A stretch of 64,000 nucleotides of DNA, taken from Mobula hypostoma (Eukaryota). This document shows positions 12,089-24,286 of this stretch, one piece after another. Made by a program: the position numbers and the translations under genes. Within the stretch, counting starts at the first letter, position 1. Every line of letters begins with the position of its first letter. The stretch is taken from positions 7,068,001 to 7,132,000 of the forward strand of contig NC_086098.1 of NCBI RefSeq assembly GCF_963921235.1. Direction: 5' to 3'. Below the pieces are notes generated by a model. That model was given only the letters and a program-made list of their open reading frames with translations, did not search any database and was not told the origin of the DNA.

Positions 12089-13491
12089 ATGTAGAAACTG
12101 CTTACAGACAGCAGTGGGGAATGGAACCCAGGTCGCTGGTACCGTAAACATTGTCATAAGCACCACGCTTCCATACCACCTATTGTGTTCAAGTATTAGA
12201 TCTCTCCTCGTTCTCCTATGCCCCGGTGCATTGTGTCCTAACCTATTCAACTTTTCCTCATAACTCAGGTCCTGGCAACATCCTTATGTTTTCTCCACAC
12301 TCTTTTGGTTATATTTCTCCGTGATTTTGAAACGTGCTCCTAATGTCCCATTCTTTTTTCTTTCCATTACCCACTCCAATCTATGCTATGGATGTGGCTA
12401 TTTCATCGAATGACATGAATGGCTCAATTCATCGCCAATCTGTCGTGCTAACCACACTACTTAGAAGTGACAGTGTTCAATTCAGAGTCAGAATCGGGGT
12501 TTAATATCACTGACATATATGTGAAATTTGTTGTGTTGTGGCAGCAGTACATTGGAATACATTGGAAAGTATATACATTTAATTAAGAAATATATATGAA
12601 TAAATTTAAATTAAATGTGTTAAATTAAATCTGCTTAAAATATTCAGAAATTCAGCTATTGTATCGTGGCATCCCTACCAAGTAGCAAGGATATACTTTC
12701 AGGCATTTGCGAAGCAAAGCAGATTTAATTTGTAAATCAGATTTTCTGTGTGTTAACTTCGCGTAGGGTCAGGTTTTACTGGCCCACATTATACACTGAC
12801 ATTTAAATCAGTGTGTTTTACAACTGCCAAAACACTGCACCACTCAGTGATGTGTGTTGCAAGCAGAATTCATCCCTAGCTTGGGTGACAGTATAGCATA
12901 AAGTATCACACAAAACACTAACACGTCTTAAAAATAAAATTACATCAATATTGGAATCTGAATCAGTTTATGGTCAAAGTCCAAAGTATATTTATTATCA
13001 AAGTACGTATATTTTTATTCGTCTCCTATATGTCATGAAATTTGTTGTCCAGCTGCAGCAATACATATACTGTAGTGTACAATAAGAAATATATCTTTAA
13101 AAAAAAGTAGTGCATAAAGCAAAAATAGTGAGGTAGTGTTCATTGTTAAGAAATCAAGCTGAGTTCTGGAATCTGAGGGGAGGGAGTTGTTCCTAAAATG
13201 CTGAGTGTGTTTCTTTGGGCTCCGGTTCATCCTCTCTAATGGGACAAACGAGAAGCCGTGCCCTAGGTAGTGGGGACCCTTAATGATGAATGGCACCTTT
13301 TCGAGGCATTGCCTTTTGAAGATGTTCTCGATGGTGGAGATGGTAGAGTCCATGGAGTTGTTGGCTGAGTTTCCAGTTCTCTGCAGCTTTTCCTTTTCCG
13401 ATCCTGTGCAATAATGACAATATATTACATTCAGCAGTGAAGTACAAATCATCATTAACACTTTGTGAGGGAGCCCACTCTTACTAGCTGC

Positions 13492-13845
13492 CGAGTCATA
13501 TGGCGTGGGCGATCATGGTCTTTTCACGACCATGGTTGTTCTTGGCAACATTTTCTACAGAAGTGGTTTACCATTGCCTCCTTCTGAGCAGTGTCTTTAC
13601 AAAACAGAGTAACCCCAGCCATGATCAATACTTTTCAGGGACTGACTGCCTGGTGTCAGTGGTCGTGTAACCAGGAATTGTGATCTGCCCCAGCTGTTCA
13701 TACAACCATCTACCACCTGCTCGCATGGCTTCATGTGACCCTGATCAGGAAGATAACCTTGCCCAAGGGTGACCTTCAGGGTAGTGGAGGGAAAGAGCAC
13801 CTTGTACCTCCTTTGGTAGAGATGTATCTCCATCCTGCCACCCTG
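13492..13845 (-). mobile_element. ~350-bp RTE-related short interspersed element
   Basis: Alignable copies at ~605-665, 18050-18400, 51480-51820, 53725-54080, 56235-56598 (-) and 62990-63385 (+, with (ATG)n tail). Confidence 0.75.
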
Positions 13846-14651
13846 AAGTACAAATACAAACACAAAAAGGATGAAATTCAGCTTTGGTAGAAGTAGGGGA
13901 GGGTAGATTGTTACCTTGTTCAATGTTTCCTGAATTCCTTTATGATTATTCTCAGTGTGGAGTTAGTTCAATTTAATTCAAGTTTAATTGTCATTCAACC
14001 ATATATGAATACTCAGGAATACAGCCAAACGAGACAGCATTACTCCAGGGCCACGGTGCAAAGTACAGTACCAACAGTCACACACAGCACAAAGCACACA
14101 CGACTCGAGTAAGACAGAAAGACACAGCCACACAATAAAAGAATCCACATTCAAGCCACCCAACGCCGCTGAAATCTGCAGACGAGCACAACAGAGATAC
14201 TCTTCTGCCGGGCGAACACTGGGGGCAACACCAACTCCAACCTGAAGGCTGCGTCACACCACCCCCCCCCCCGACTGAGCTTACCAGCTCCGATGCCCCT
14301 CTCCCGATGACTGTAAACAGGCGATACCGCGGCTTCAGGCCTGGTGTTCACACATACAACACAAACTGTAGTCCAAGCCCTAAATCCAATGTTCTGCTGA
14401 GCAAATACGGCAGGGGGAGGGGTTGGGGCAGCACCAATTCCAGCTGCAATGTGGAATAGGGCAAATGTAAAAGATGAAACCATCTTCTTTTCCTCCCTGA
14501 ATTTCACCCTGAGAATAAACATGCAATACGTGAATACAGATATCTCAAGATAGGTGTGAACATTAAATAAAAGTGACATACCATCATGCATGGATAAAGA
14601 TTGTCTAAGATACGGCGTCTAGGACTGACTGTGAACAACTACAGTCTATGT

Positions 14652-14730
14652 CAGCGGTTCCCAACCTGGGATCCACAAACCATTTGCAAATGGTATTGAT
14701 CCATGGCATGAAAAAGGTTGCGAACGCCTG
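14652..14730. mobile_element. 79-bp hAT (Charlie-like) MITE
   Basis: TIRs cagcggttcccaacct / aggttgcgaacgcctg; 8-bp TSD gtctatgt/gtctagat (NTCTAGAN-type target). Confidence 0.7.
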
Positions 14731-14876
14731 GTCTAGATGCTGAATGCCCGAATATTATGCAGAACGGTGAGCCCAGTCAGTTAGTCCTGTAGCAAACATG
14801 GGCCTATGTGTTAAGCTAAGTGCAACATATGAAATCTGTACTAACTTTGATCAAGTTGTCTCATTTTCTTATTCAG

Positions 14877-14932
14877 ACACTGTGGCTACAGCAAAGCTGA
14901 ACAGGAAGGGGATGAGGAGCTCTATTTCCACT
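14877..14932 (+). CDS. EPHA7: EPHA7 exon (juxtamembrane; ~exon 9)
   Basis: attcag|A CAC TGT...CAC T|gtaagt; 56 bp; HCGYSKAEQEGDEELYFH; phase fits both neighbours. Confidence 0.96.
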
Positions 14933-15926
14933 GTAAGTGTCATAATTAAGCCTCTTAACACGCAGAAATACTTAGGTCTTTTTTTTCCAGCTGGTCTTCT
15001 TCCCCAGCAATGCTTTCGTACTCGATACTGTTTTCTGTCCCCACCTTTACACCCTGCAACCAGTTAATATGGCAGTAATTTACTGATGTAATGTGGAAAA
15101 TATTTCTGATAAGATAATGTTCCTAATCATCTTTATTTCTATCAATTAAGTCCTGGCCTTGGGAACTCTCATACTGAAACTATTAGTTTAAAAGGCGATT
15201 CAGTAGTTCAGTGGTTCAAATTAATATCAGTGTCAAATACAGTATACAACCTGAAATTCTTACTCTTTACAGACATCCGAGAAGCATAACGAACACCTCA
15301 AAAAATGAATGATAGAAACCTGAGAACCCCAAAAGCCCCACTTTCCCCTCCCACCCACAAGCAGCAGCAAACGCATCGACCCTCTCCCTCCTCCCACTTG
15401 CACCAGCAGAAGCTTCGACCCCACCAGGCAAACCATAGCAAAGCCCCCAGACAGACCTTGATCCAGAGTCCATCAAAAACTACAGTCCGTAACCCAGCAC
15501 TTTAGATCTCAGACAGGCCCTCTGTCACCAGCAAGGGAGAGAGAGATTGCCCCTGTGACAACGAGAGCAGGGGACCAGCTGGTCCGATGTTACAATCAAA
15601 TAAAATGGATTTTACACTAAATTAAACGCTGAAGAAGACAGGGATCTTGTTTAGTTTCTGATAGTTTATGCTGAGTGGCTGAATAATTTCAGTGTTTAAA
15701 CAACATTTAAAGCCACACCTTTGTGTTTTTTTATTTAAATGGTGATAACTTGCAGAGCTCTGAGATGCAGAGGAATTTGGGTGCCCTAGTTCATTGGACA
15801 CAGAAGTCTGGCATGCAGTGATTGTGAAAGTTAGCAGAAAGTTCTTACTTATTGCAAAGTAAGATTATGTTTCAGTTACATAGGGCATTGGTGCAACCCC
15901 ACATGGAGAGGATTAGCTTTAAATTC

Positions 15927-16340
15927 GCAAACACAAGAACATCTGTAAGTGCTACAAATCCAAACCACACACACGTAAAAAGTTGTTTTTTTCCCATGCT
16001 CCCTCCTCCCTTCTTTGGTTCCCCACTCTGAACTTTTACCTATCCTCACCTGCCTATCACCTCCCCCTAGGTCCCCTCCTCCTCCCCTTTCTCCTATAGT
16101 CCTCTCTCCTCTCCTATCAGATTCCTTCCTCTCCAGCCCTTTACCATTCCTGTCCACCTGGCTTCACCTGTCACCTTCCAGCTATCCTCCTTCCCTTCCC
16201 CCCACTTTTTATTCTGGTGACTTCCCCCTTCCTTTCCAGTCTTGGGGAAGGGTCTCAGCCCAAAATATTGACTGTTTATTCATTTCCGTAGATGTTGCCT
16301 GACCTGTTGAGTTGCTCTAGCATTTTGTGTGTGTTGCTTT
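15927..16340 (+). mobile_element. PLE terminal-repeat insertion with short inverted arm
   Basis: TSD gctttaaattc at 15916-15926 and 16336-16346; decayed hammerhead at ~16238-16273. Confidence 0.7.
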
Positions 16341-16467
16341 AAATTCAGCCCGATGTTCCCCAGTAATTCTCTGCCAAATGTTGTAAATGATAACTTTGCT
16401 AACCCATAAAACCTCAATCATCAGAAAAACAAGGGAATAAGGCAAAGTGTAAAGAGTATTGTGGATA

Positions 16468-16985
16468 AAGAAGAAGAAGAAGAATATCTTTATTGTCATT
16501 GTTGTGGAGCAATGAAACACAGTTTAGCAGCTCAATGTTTTGCAGCATGACAAAGAATATATACATAAAATAAACTCTAAAACCTCAGGAGTGCAGTCCA
16601 AAATTATTAATATATGGATGGAGGGGTAGGACTATTGCACACCTGCCATTCCTGGAAGTGTGATGCATTTAGCTGCCGCCGACTTAGGAGGGGGGCAGGA
16701 GAAGGGAAGGGGGTGTTATACATTTCACTGCTTATGGGTAGAAGCTGTTAAGGAGTCTCTTTGTTTTCATCCTTAATGCTCTGAATCTCTTCCCAGAAGG
16801 TAGAGGGAAAAACAGGTGATGTCCAGGATGAATGGGATCCTTTGAAATACAAGTAGCCTTCTTTTGAAGTCTGCCAGTATAAGTGTCTCTGAGGGAGGGT
16901 AATGTTGTGCCAATAACCCGCTCTGCTACCCTCACTACCCGCTGCAAGTACTTCCTGTTCTGTTCTGTGCAGCTGGCAAACATAA
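16468..16985 (-). mobile_element. Rex1/Babar-like LINE 3' fragment
   Basis: ORF 16732-17028 LQRVVRVAERVIG...HPGHHLFFPLPSGKR; (CTT)n tail. Confidence 0.75.
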
Positions 16986-17107
16986 AGATTGCGAAGCAAT
17001 GGAGGAGGTGTGGAAATAATGTAAACAATTTTATTTCCAGGTCACCAACACTAAAAGCATAATATGATTATTATGAGTTGAGTGAACTTGGTCTTTTCTT
17101 CTTGGAG

Positions 17108-17488
17108 CGACTGAGGATGAGGTGACCTGATAGAGGTGTATAAGATGATGACAGGTATTGATCGTGTGGATAGTCAGAGGCTTTTTCCCAGGGTTGAAAT
17201 GGTTGCCACAAGAGGACACAGGTTTAAGGTGCTGGGGAGCAGGTACAGAGGAGATGTCAGGGGTAAATTTTTTACTCTAGAGTGGTGAGTGTGTGGAATG
17301 GGCTACTGGTGGCAGTGGTGGAGGTGGATACGATAGGGTCTTTTAAGAGACTTTTGGATAGGTACATGGAGCTTAGAAAAATAGAGGACTGTGGGAAAGC
17401 CTAGTAATTTCTAAGGGAAGGGCATGTTCAGCACAACTTTGTGGGCCAAAGGGCCTGTATTGTGCTATAGGTTTTCTATGTTTCTATG
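17108..17488 (+). mobile_element. CR1 LINE 3' fragment
   Basis: RLRMRxDLIEVYK-type remnant; tail ttctatgtttctatg. Confidence 0.75.
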
Positions 17489-18419
17489 ATTATTATATTA
17501 TATCTTGGCCCCTTTATCTAAGAAAGGATGTGCTGGCATTGGAGAGGATGCAGAGGAGGTTCACGAAAATAATCCCTAGAACGAAAGGCTTAACACATGA
17601 GGAATGTTTGATGGCTCTGGGCCTGAACTTGCTGGAATTTAGAAGAATGATGAGGGATCCAATTTGAAAACCATCAAATATTGAAAGGCCCAGTTAAGTT
17701 GGAAGTCAAGAGGGTGTTTCCACTGGTGGGAGAGTTTAAGACTGGGGGCACAGCCTCAGAACAGAGGGGCGTCCCTTTGGAACAGAGTTAAGAGGAAATG
17801 TGCCAAAGGGTGTTTCTGCCTGAAATGTCAGCAATACTCTTTTCCATAGATGCTGACTGGCCTGTTGAGTTCCTCCAGCATTCTGTGTCTGTTGCCTGGA
17901 TTTTGAGTATCTGCTGATTTTCTCTTGTAAGGAGAAATTTCTTTAGCCCAAGGGTAGTGAATCTGTGGAACTAATTCCCACAAATGGCTATGGAGGCCAA
18001 GTAATTATGTATATTTAGAAGTGGAGATTAATAGGTCCTTGACTAGTTCACTCATTATGTGCCGTGTCGTATAGCATGGGTGATCATGGTCTTTCTATGA
18101 CCATGATTGTTCTTGGCAAATTTTTTGAAAGAAGTGGTTTGCCATTGTCTCCTTCTGGGCAGTGCCTTTACAAGACGGGTGACCCCAGCCGTTATCGAAA
18201 CTCTCCAGAGATTGTCTGCCTGGTGTCAGTGATCACATAACCAGGACTCGTAAGTACACCACCTGCTCCCATGGCTTCACGTGACCCTGACTGGGGAGCC
18301 AAGCAGGTGCTACACCTTGCCGAAGGGTGACCTGCAGGCTAGCGGTGGGAACGAGCACCTTACACCTCCACTGGTAGAGATGTATCTCCACCCCACCATC
18401 CAAACTTGATTAGTAAGGT

Positions 18420-19350
18420 TATAGAACATAGAATAGTACAGCACAGTACAGGCCCTTCGGCCCACAATGTTGTGCCGACCCTCAAACCCTGCTTTCCATA
18501 GAACCCCCCGCCACCTTAAATTCCTCCATATACCTGTCTAGTAGTCTCTTAAACTTCACTAGTGTATCTGCCTCCACCACTGACTCAGGCAGTGCATTCC
18601 ATGCACCAACCACTCTGAGTAAAAAACCTTCCTCTAATATCCCCCTTGAACTTCCCACCCCTTACCTTAAAGCCATGTCCTCTTGTATTGAGCAGTGGTG
18701 CCCTGGGGAAGAGGCACTGGCTATCCACTCTATCTATTCCTCTTATTATCTTGTACACCTCTATCATGTCTCCTCTCATCCTCCTTCTCTCCAAAGAGTA
18801 AAGCCCTAGCTCCCTTAATCTCTGATCATAATGCATACTTTCTAAGCCAGGCAGCATCCTGGTAAATCTCCTCTGTACCCTTTTCAATGCTTCCACATCC
18901 TTCCTATAGTGAGGTGACCAGAACTGGACACAGTACTCCAAGTGTGGCCTAACCAGAGTTTTATAAAGTTGCATCATTACATCGTGACTCTTAAACTCTA
19001 TCCCTCGACTTATGAAAGCTAACACCCCATAAGCTTTCTTAACTACCCTATCCACCTGTGAGGCAACTTTCAGGGATCTGTGGACATGTACCCCGAGATC
19101 CCTCTGCTCCTCCACACTACCAAGTATCCTGCCATTTACTTTGTACTCTGCCTTGGAGTTTGTCCTTCCAAAGTGTACCACCTCACACTTCTCCAGGTTG
19201 AACTCCATCTGCCACTTCTCAGCCCACTTCTGCATCCTATCAATGTCTCTCTGCAATCTTTGACAATCCTCTACACTATCTACAACACCACCAACCTTTG
19301 TGTCGTCTGCAAACTTGCCAGCCCACCCTTCAACCCCCACATCCAGGTCG
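18420..19350 (-). mobile_element. CR1 LINE, 5'-truncated, largely intact ORF2 C-terminal half
   Basis: ORF 18585-19658 has KFADDTKVGG, LVRPHLEYCVQFWSP; tail atagaacatagaa. Confidence 0.93.
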
Positions 19351-19952
19351 TTAAAGTTGTCAAAGATTGCGGGGAGAAAGCGGGAAAATGGAATTGAGAG
19401 GGATAATAAATCAGCCATGATGGGATGGCAGAGCAGACTCGATGGGCTGAATGGCCTAATTCTTCTATATCTTATGATTGGATTGGGATATTGCAATCTG
19501 TCCGTGAATTGAATTGCTAGTATATAGTGCCATTTAACACTTTTAACTGAAGATGAATTTCTGTGAAGATCTCTCTGATGCTCAGATTCTGCAGTCATAC
19601 AACAGCAGGGCATCTCATTCACATGACTGCGTTCAGCACAGACTGACTTTATTAGCAATTGATTCTTCGATCATGCAATCCTGCGGGAAGAATGGTGGGC
19701 AGTGTGACAGCAGGTAGATCCTAATTGTACTCAAAGACCCAATTTGTCATGAACATTGCCACCTACGTTTTGTTAAAACATCCCTATCTAATTCAGCAGC
19801 AGCTGTGTGAATAGACAAAGCAATTATAAACATGAGCGGGGAGAATCCCCTTTAGAAGATTGAACGGAGAAACGTACTACACAGGACCAGGGTCTTCGGC
19901 CCACAGTGTTGTGCTGAACCAATTAAATTAGTGATCAAGTGGCCAACTAGCC

Positions 19953-20095
19953 GGCCGGTGGTGTAGTGGCATCAGCACTGGACTTGAAGGCGAAAGGTCC
20001 CAAGTTCGCAACTGGCCAGCTCCTTCACGCACTTTCCATCCGTCCTGGGTTGAGCAACAAGCTAGCAACTCAGCCTCATAAAACAGTCGAAGGCC
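19953..20095 (+). mobile_element. tRNA-derived SINE head
   Basis: A-box-like tggtgtagtgg and B-box-like gttcgcaac; degenerate, not a functional tRNA. Confidence 0.5.
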
Positions 20096-22664
20096 ACAGA
20101 AATGGCAAAAAAGGCACCTGATAAGCGACAGGGCATGTAAAGGAGCATCAAATGGCCAACTAAACTAATCTCGTCTGCCTAAACTAATCTCTTCTGCCTC
20201 TTCTTCCACACATTCATGTGCCTGTCTTCATATCTCTTAGAAGTCCCGAATGTATCTGTCTCTACCACCACCCCAGGGAGCACATTCCAGGCATCTCTGT
20301 GTAAAAAAACTTGCCCCTCACATCACCTTTGAAATTACCCCCTCTCACCTTAAATGCATGCCCTCTGATATTAGACATTCGACCCTGGGAAAAAGGTACC
20401 GTCTGTCTACTCTGTCTGTGCTTCTCATAATCTTAAAAACCTCGATCAGATCTCCCCTCAAACTCCACCACTTCGGAGAAAGCAACTCAAGCCCATAATG
20501 TTGTGCCAAATCAATTAAAAGGCCAGCTAATCTCTTCTGCCTACACAACGTCCATATCCTTCCATTTTCTTCACATTCATGCGCCTCTCTAAACATCTCT
20601 TAAAAGTCCCTAATTTATTAGGCATTTGATCCGTAAAAGTCAATGAATTACAGCTCAGTCCACAGCTATGTCACCCTAAGCATAAACAGTTTCCAGATGG
20701 ATTTCTACATTCCATCTACTCCCTGTGTGTGTCCTTGTGTGGTAAAGGCATGGATGTTTTCCTTATGGAGGCAATGGGAGGCGTCCTCAGTAACTCATCC
20801 TTCATCTTTCAGCATTCTGCACAAGGTCACAGGATTTTCATGCTGCGTGGTCCCTTCTCCCATCTGCCCTTTGTTGTAATTTTAAAATTCCTTCCAAACC
20901 CCTCAACGAGCCTGAACTATAAAGCACTGAGGGAAAGGAAACTGAAAATAATGTCATCAACACAAGAGATTCTGCAGATGCCAGAAATCCAGAGCAACCC
21001 ACACAAAGTGCTGGAGGAACTGAGCAGGTCAGGCAGCATCTATGCAGAGGAATAAACAATCAAAGTTTTAGGTTGAGACCCTTCATTAACACTGAGCAAA
21101 TTTGTGATACTACTCCTACCCCTGTTGCAATAACTTCACGCCCTGACTAATCATGAATCTATCACCCTCTGCCTTAAATATACCCAGTGACTTGGCCTCC
21201 ACAGCCACCTGTGGCAACGAAATCCATAGATTCATCAGCCTCTGGCTAAAACGCTCAGAATATTTTCACCTTGTGCAAGGATTGGCAAGACAGCCATGCC
21301 AATTTTCCTTCATTTGAAAGGTCCTTGGTTCCACCATTCATAGGGAAATATTATGACCAGGAAGTCCTGTCAGTTTTGCCCTAACTCAACTAAGGAATGC
21401 TGAGCAGAGTAACACACACACAAAATGCTGGAGGAAATCAGCAGGTCAGGCAGCATCTGTGGAGAAGAATAAACAGTCGACATTTCGGGCCAAGACACTT
21501 TATGAACACTGAGCAGAGATTAAATTTTGGACATTTCTGGTAGGCCATACTTCACTGCTGGCAGAAAAGAGACTGAATCCTAATTGTCCATTATGCACAG
21601 ACACTGATTTTGATTGCTACATGTAGCGCAAAGTTTGACTTAAATATGTTTTATTTAGGGGCATTTGAAGACTCTTCAAGACCTACATAAAATAGCAACT
21701 CCAGGTAGCAGTAAGTTATTTATAGCACTTCGGGAAAATTGACCAGGGAATGATTGTCTTCAGTGTGAGCTTTGACAAAAAGCTGATACAAATTAAATCC
21801 AAAAACTGGCAAAGCAACTGATACAGAAGTGGTTGAAAGATTGTTGAAGATGTGCATGCTGGAGAGTTGAAATAAGAAGATGCTAGATGCTTGTTATTGA
21901 GATTCAGCTGCAGAGTCACAAAGAAGAAACAAATTCCCCTGTAAACAGAGGAATGAGAGTTCTGCAGAGAGACACGTTAATGGCCATTGCAGAGAAGAAA
22001 TTCAACTGACGATTTGCAATGGCCATTTTTAGTTCCCATGAAAGATCTCTAAAAATGTTATCCAGCTGTGTTCAAAGTTCAAAGTAAATTTATTATCATA
22101 GTACATACACGTCTCCTGAAGATTCATTTTCTTGTGGGCATCCAGAGTAGAACAGAGAAATGTAATAGAATCATTGAAAAACTACACACAAAGACTGACA
22201 AACAACCAATGTGCAAAATGAGACAAATTACACAAATTCAAAATAGTAATAATAACAACAGTAATAATAAATAAATATATATATAATACTGAGAACATGA
22301 GTCGTAGAGTCCTTGAAAGTGAGTCTGTAGGTTGTAGAATCAGTTCAGTGTTGAGGTGAGTGAAGTTATCCACACTGGTTCAGGAACCTGATGGTTGAAT
22401 GATAACAACTGTTGGTGTGGGACCTAAGGTTCCTGTGCCTCGTTCCCAGTGGCATTAGTGAAAAAAGAGTGTGGCCTGGATGGTGGGGTCCTTCATGATG
22501 GATGCTACTTGCCTTGTAGGTGTGCTCAGTGGTAGGAAGGTGCTCCTGTGATGATATATGGGGTTCTGGGTGGACTTGATATGCATTTACACTATTTTCT
22601 GTGCAGACAGATGAGAGTATCTGGAATGGACTGATGGACTCTATTCCAGATATATTAACCACGC

Positions 22665-23257
22665 ACCAGAGAAAGCAGGATCCCCCAGTGGCCACACATT
22701 TTAATTCCACGTCCCATTCCCAGTCTGATATATCTATCCACAGCCTCCTCTACTGTAAAGATGAAGCCACACTCAGGTTGGAGGAACAACACCTTATATT
22801 CCGTCTGGGTAGCCTCCAACCTGATGGCATGAACATTGACTTCTCAAACTTCCGCTAATGCCCCACCTCCCCCTCGTACCCCATCCGTTATTTATTTATA
22901 TACACACATTCTTCTTTTCTCTCTCCTTTTTCTCCCTCTGTCCCTCTCACTAAACCCCTTGCCCATCCTCTGGGTTCCCCCCTGGCAACTTTCCTTTCTC
23001 CCTGGGCCTCCTGTCCCATGATCTTCTTAAATCCCTTTTGGCAATCAACTGTCCAGCTCTTGGCTCCATCCCTCCCCCTCCTGTCTTCTCCTATAATTTC
23101 AGATCTACTCCTCCCCCCCCCACTTGCAAATCTCTTACTAGCTCTTCTTTCAGTTAGTCCTAACGAAGGGTCTGGGCCTGAAACGTTGACTGTACCTCTT
23201 CCTATAGATGCTGTCTGGCCTGCTGTGTTCACCAGCAACTTTTATGTGTGTTGCTTG
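22665..23257 (+). mobile_element. PLE, 5'-truncated (GIY-YIG C-terminus plus terminal repeat)
   Basis: PVATHFNS...RLEEQHLIFRLGSLQPDGMNIDF; 13-bp TSD atattaaccacgc at 22652-22664 and 23258-23270. Confidence 0.9.
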
Positions 23258-24160
23258 ATATTAACCACGCTGTAGGTGGCTAATGGGCTTTCCCAAGACT
23301 CAACTATGAGTTTACAAGGTTTTCTCTCAGTTGTTTATCTTAGCCGCATTTCTGATTATTTCAAAATTGAAATATTTCTACAAAATACAGCTGGGTAGCA
23401 GTCAATACTTATATCTGTAAATGACACAAGACCACAGGGTGCCGAGGACATTTACCAGGATGCTGCCTGGATTGGAGAGCATGTCTTATGAGGAGAGGTT
23501 GATCGAGCTCGGGCTTTTCTCTTTGGAGTGAAGGAGAATGAGAGGTGTACAAGACAATGAGAGGGCGTAGATAGAGTTTTACCCAGTGCAAAAAAAAATA
23601 GCTAATGCAAGGGGGCATAATTTTAAACTGAATGATGGAAAGTGTGGTAGGGTTTTTGGAGGTAGGGTTTTTACACAGAGTAGTGGGTGTGTGGAGCATG
23701 CTGCCAGGGATGGTGGTACCATGAGGTATTGGAGCTGAATTAGGCCATTCGGCCCATCGGATCTGCTCCACCATTTCAACATGGCTGATCCACTTCCCTC
23801 TCAATCCCATTCTCCCCATAACCTTTCACACCCTGACTAATCAGGAAACTAAGAAATTAAGATATTATTGGTTAGGCAGATAGGTGATAGAAAAATGGAG
23901 GGCTATGTGAGAGGTTAGGTTAGGCATTAGGTTGATCAGCACAACATTGTGGGCCTAAGGGCCTGTACTGTGCTGTGCTGTTGTATGTTTTCTCATCAGA
24001 CAAATTGATTTTAGCACTTAAAAGGATCATTTTCCAGCCCTTCCTTGAGACAGAATGGGCTGAATTGGTGCAGATCCTGAGAGAAGTACAGCTTTGTTCC
24101 ATCGCATGGTAGCAGCACGTTGAAATTTGTCACAATCAATCTTCCCTCACTTTACTACAG

Positions 24161-24286
24161 TTAAATTACCAGGTTCAAGAACGTACATCGATCCAGAAAC
24201 ATACGAGGACCCGAACCGGGCTGTCCATCAGTTTGCCAAGGAATTAGATGCTTCCTGCATTAAGATTGAAAGAGTGATCGGAGCAG
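24161..24286 (+). CDS. EPHA7: EPHA7 exon (juxtamembrane tyrosines, start of kinase; ~exon 10)
   Basis: ctacag|TT...GCAG|gtgagt; 126 bp; (F)[41 protein letters not shown]. Confidence 0.97.

Noticed and set aside
11485..12263. Three overlapping long ORFs (169-220 aa) and a CRISPR-like repeat appearance
   Set aside because: Head-to-tail minisatellite without unique spacers; the ORFs exist only because the unit lacks stop codons
18585..19658. 357-aa RT ORF as a domesticated gene
   Set aside because: 5'-truncated CR1 whose frame extends by chance through an adjacent CR1 UTR; no endonuclease or RT N-terminal half
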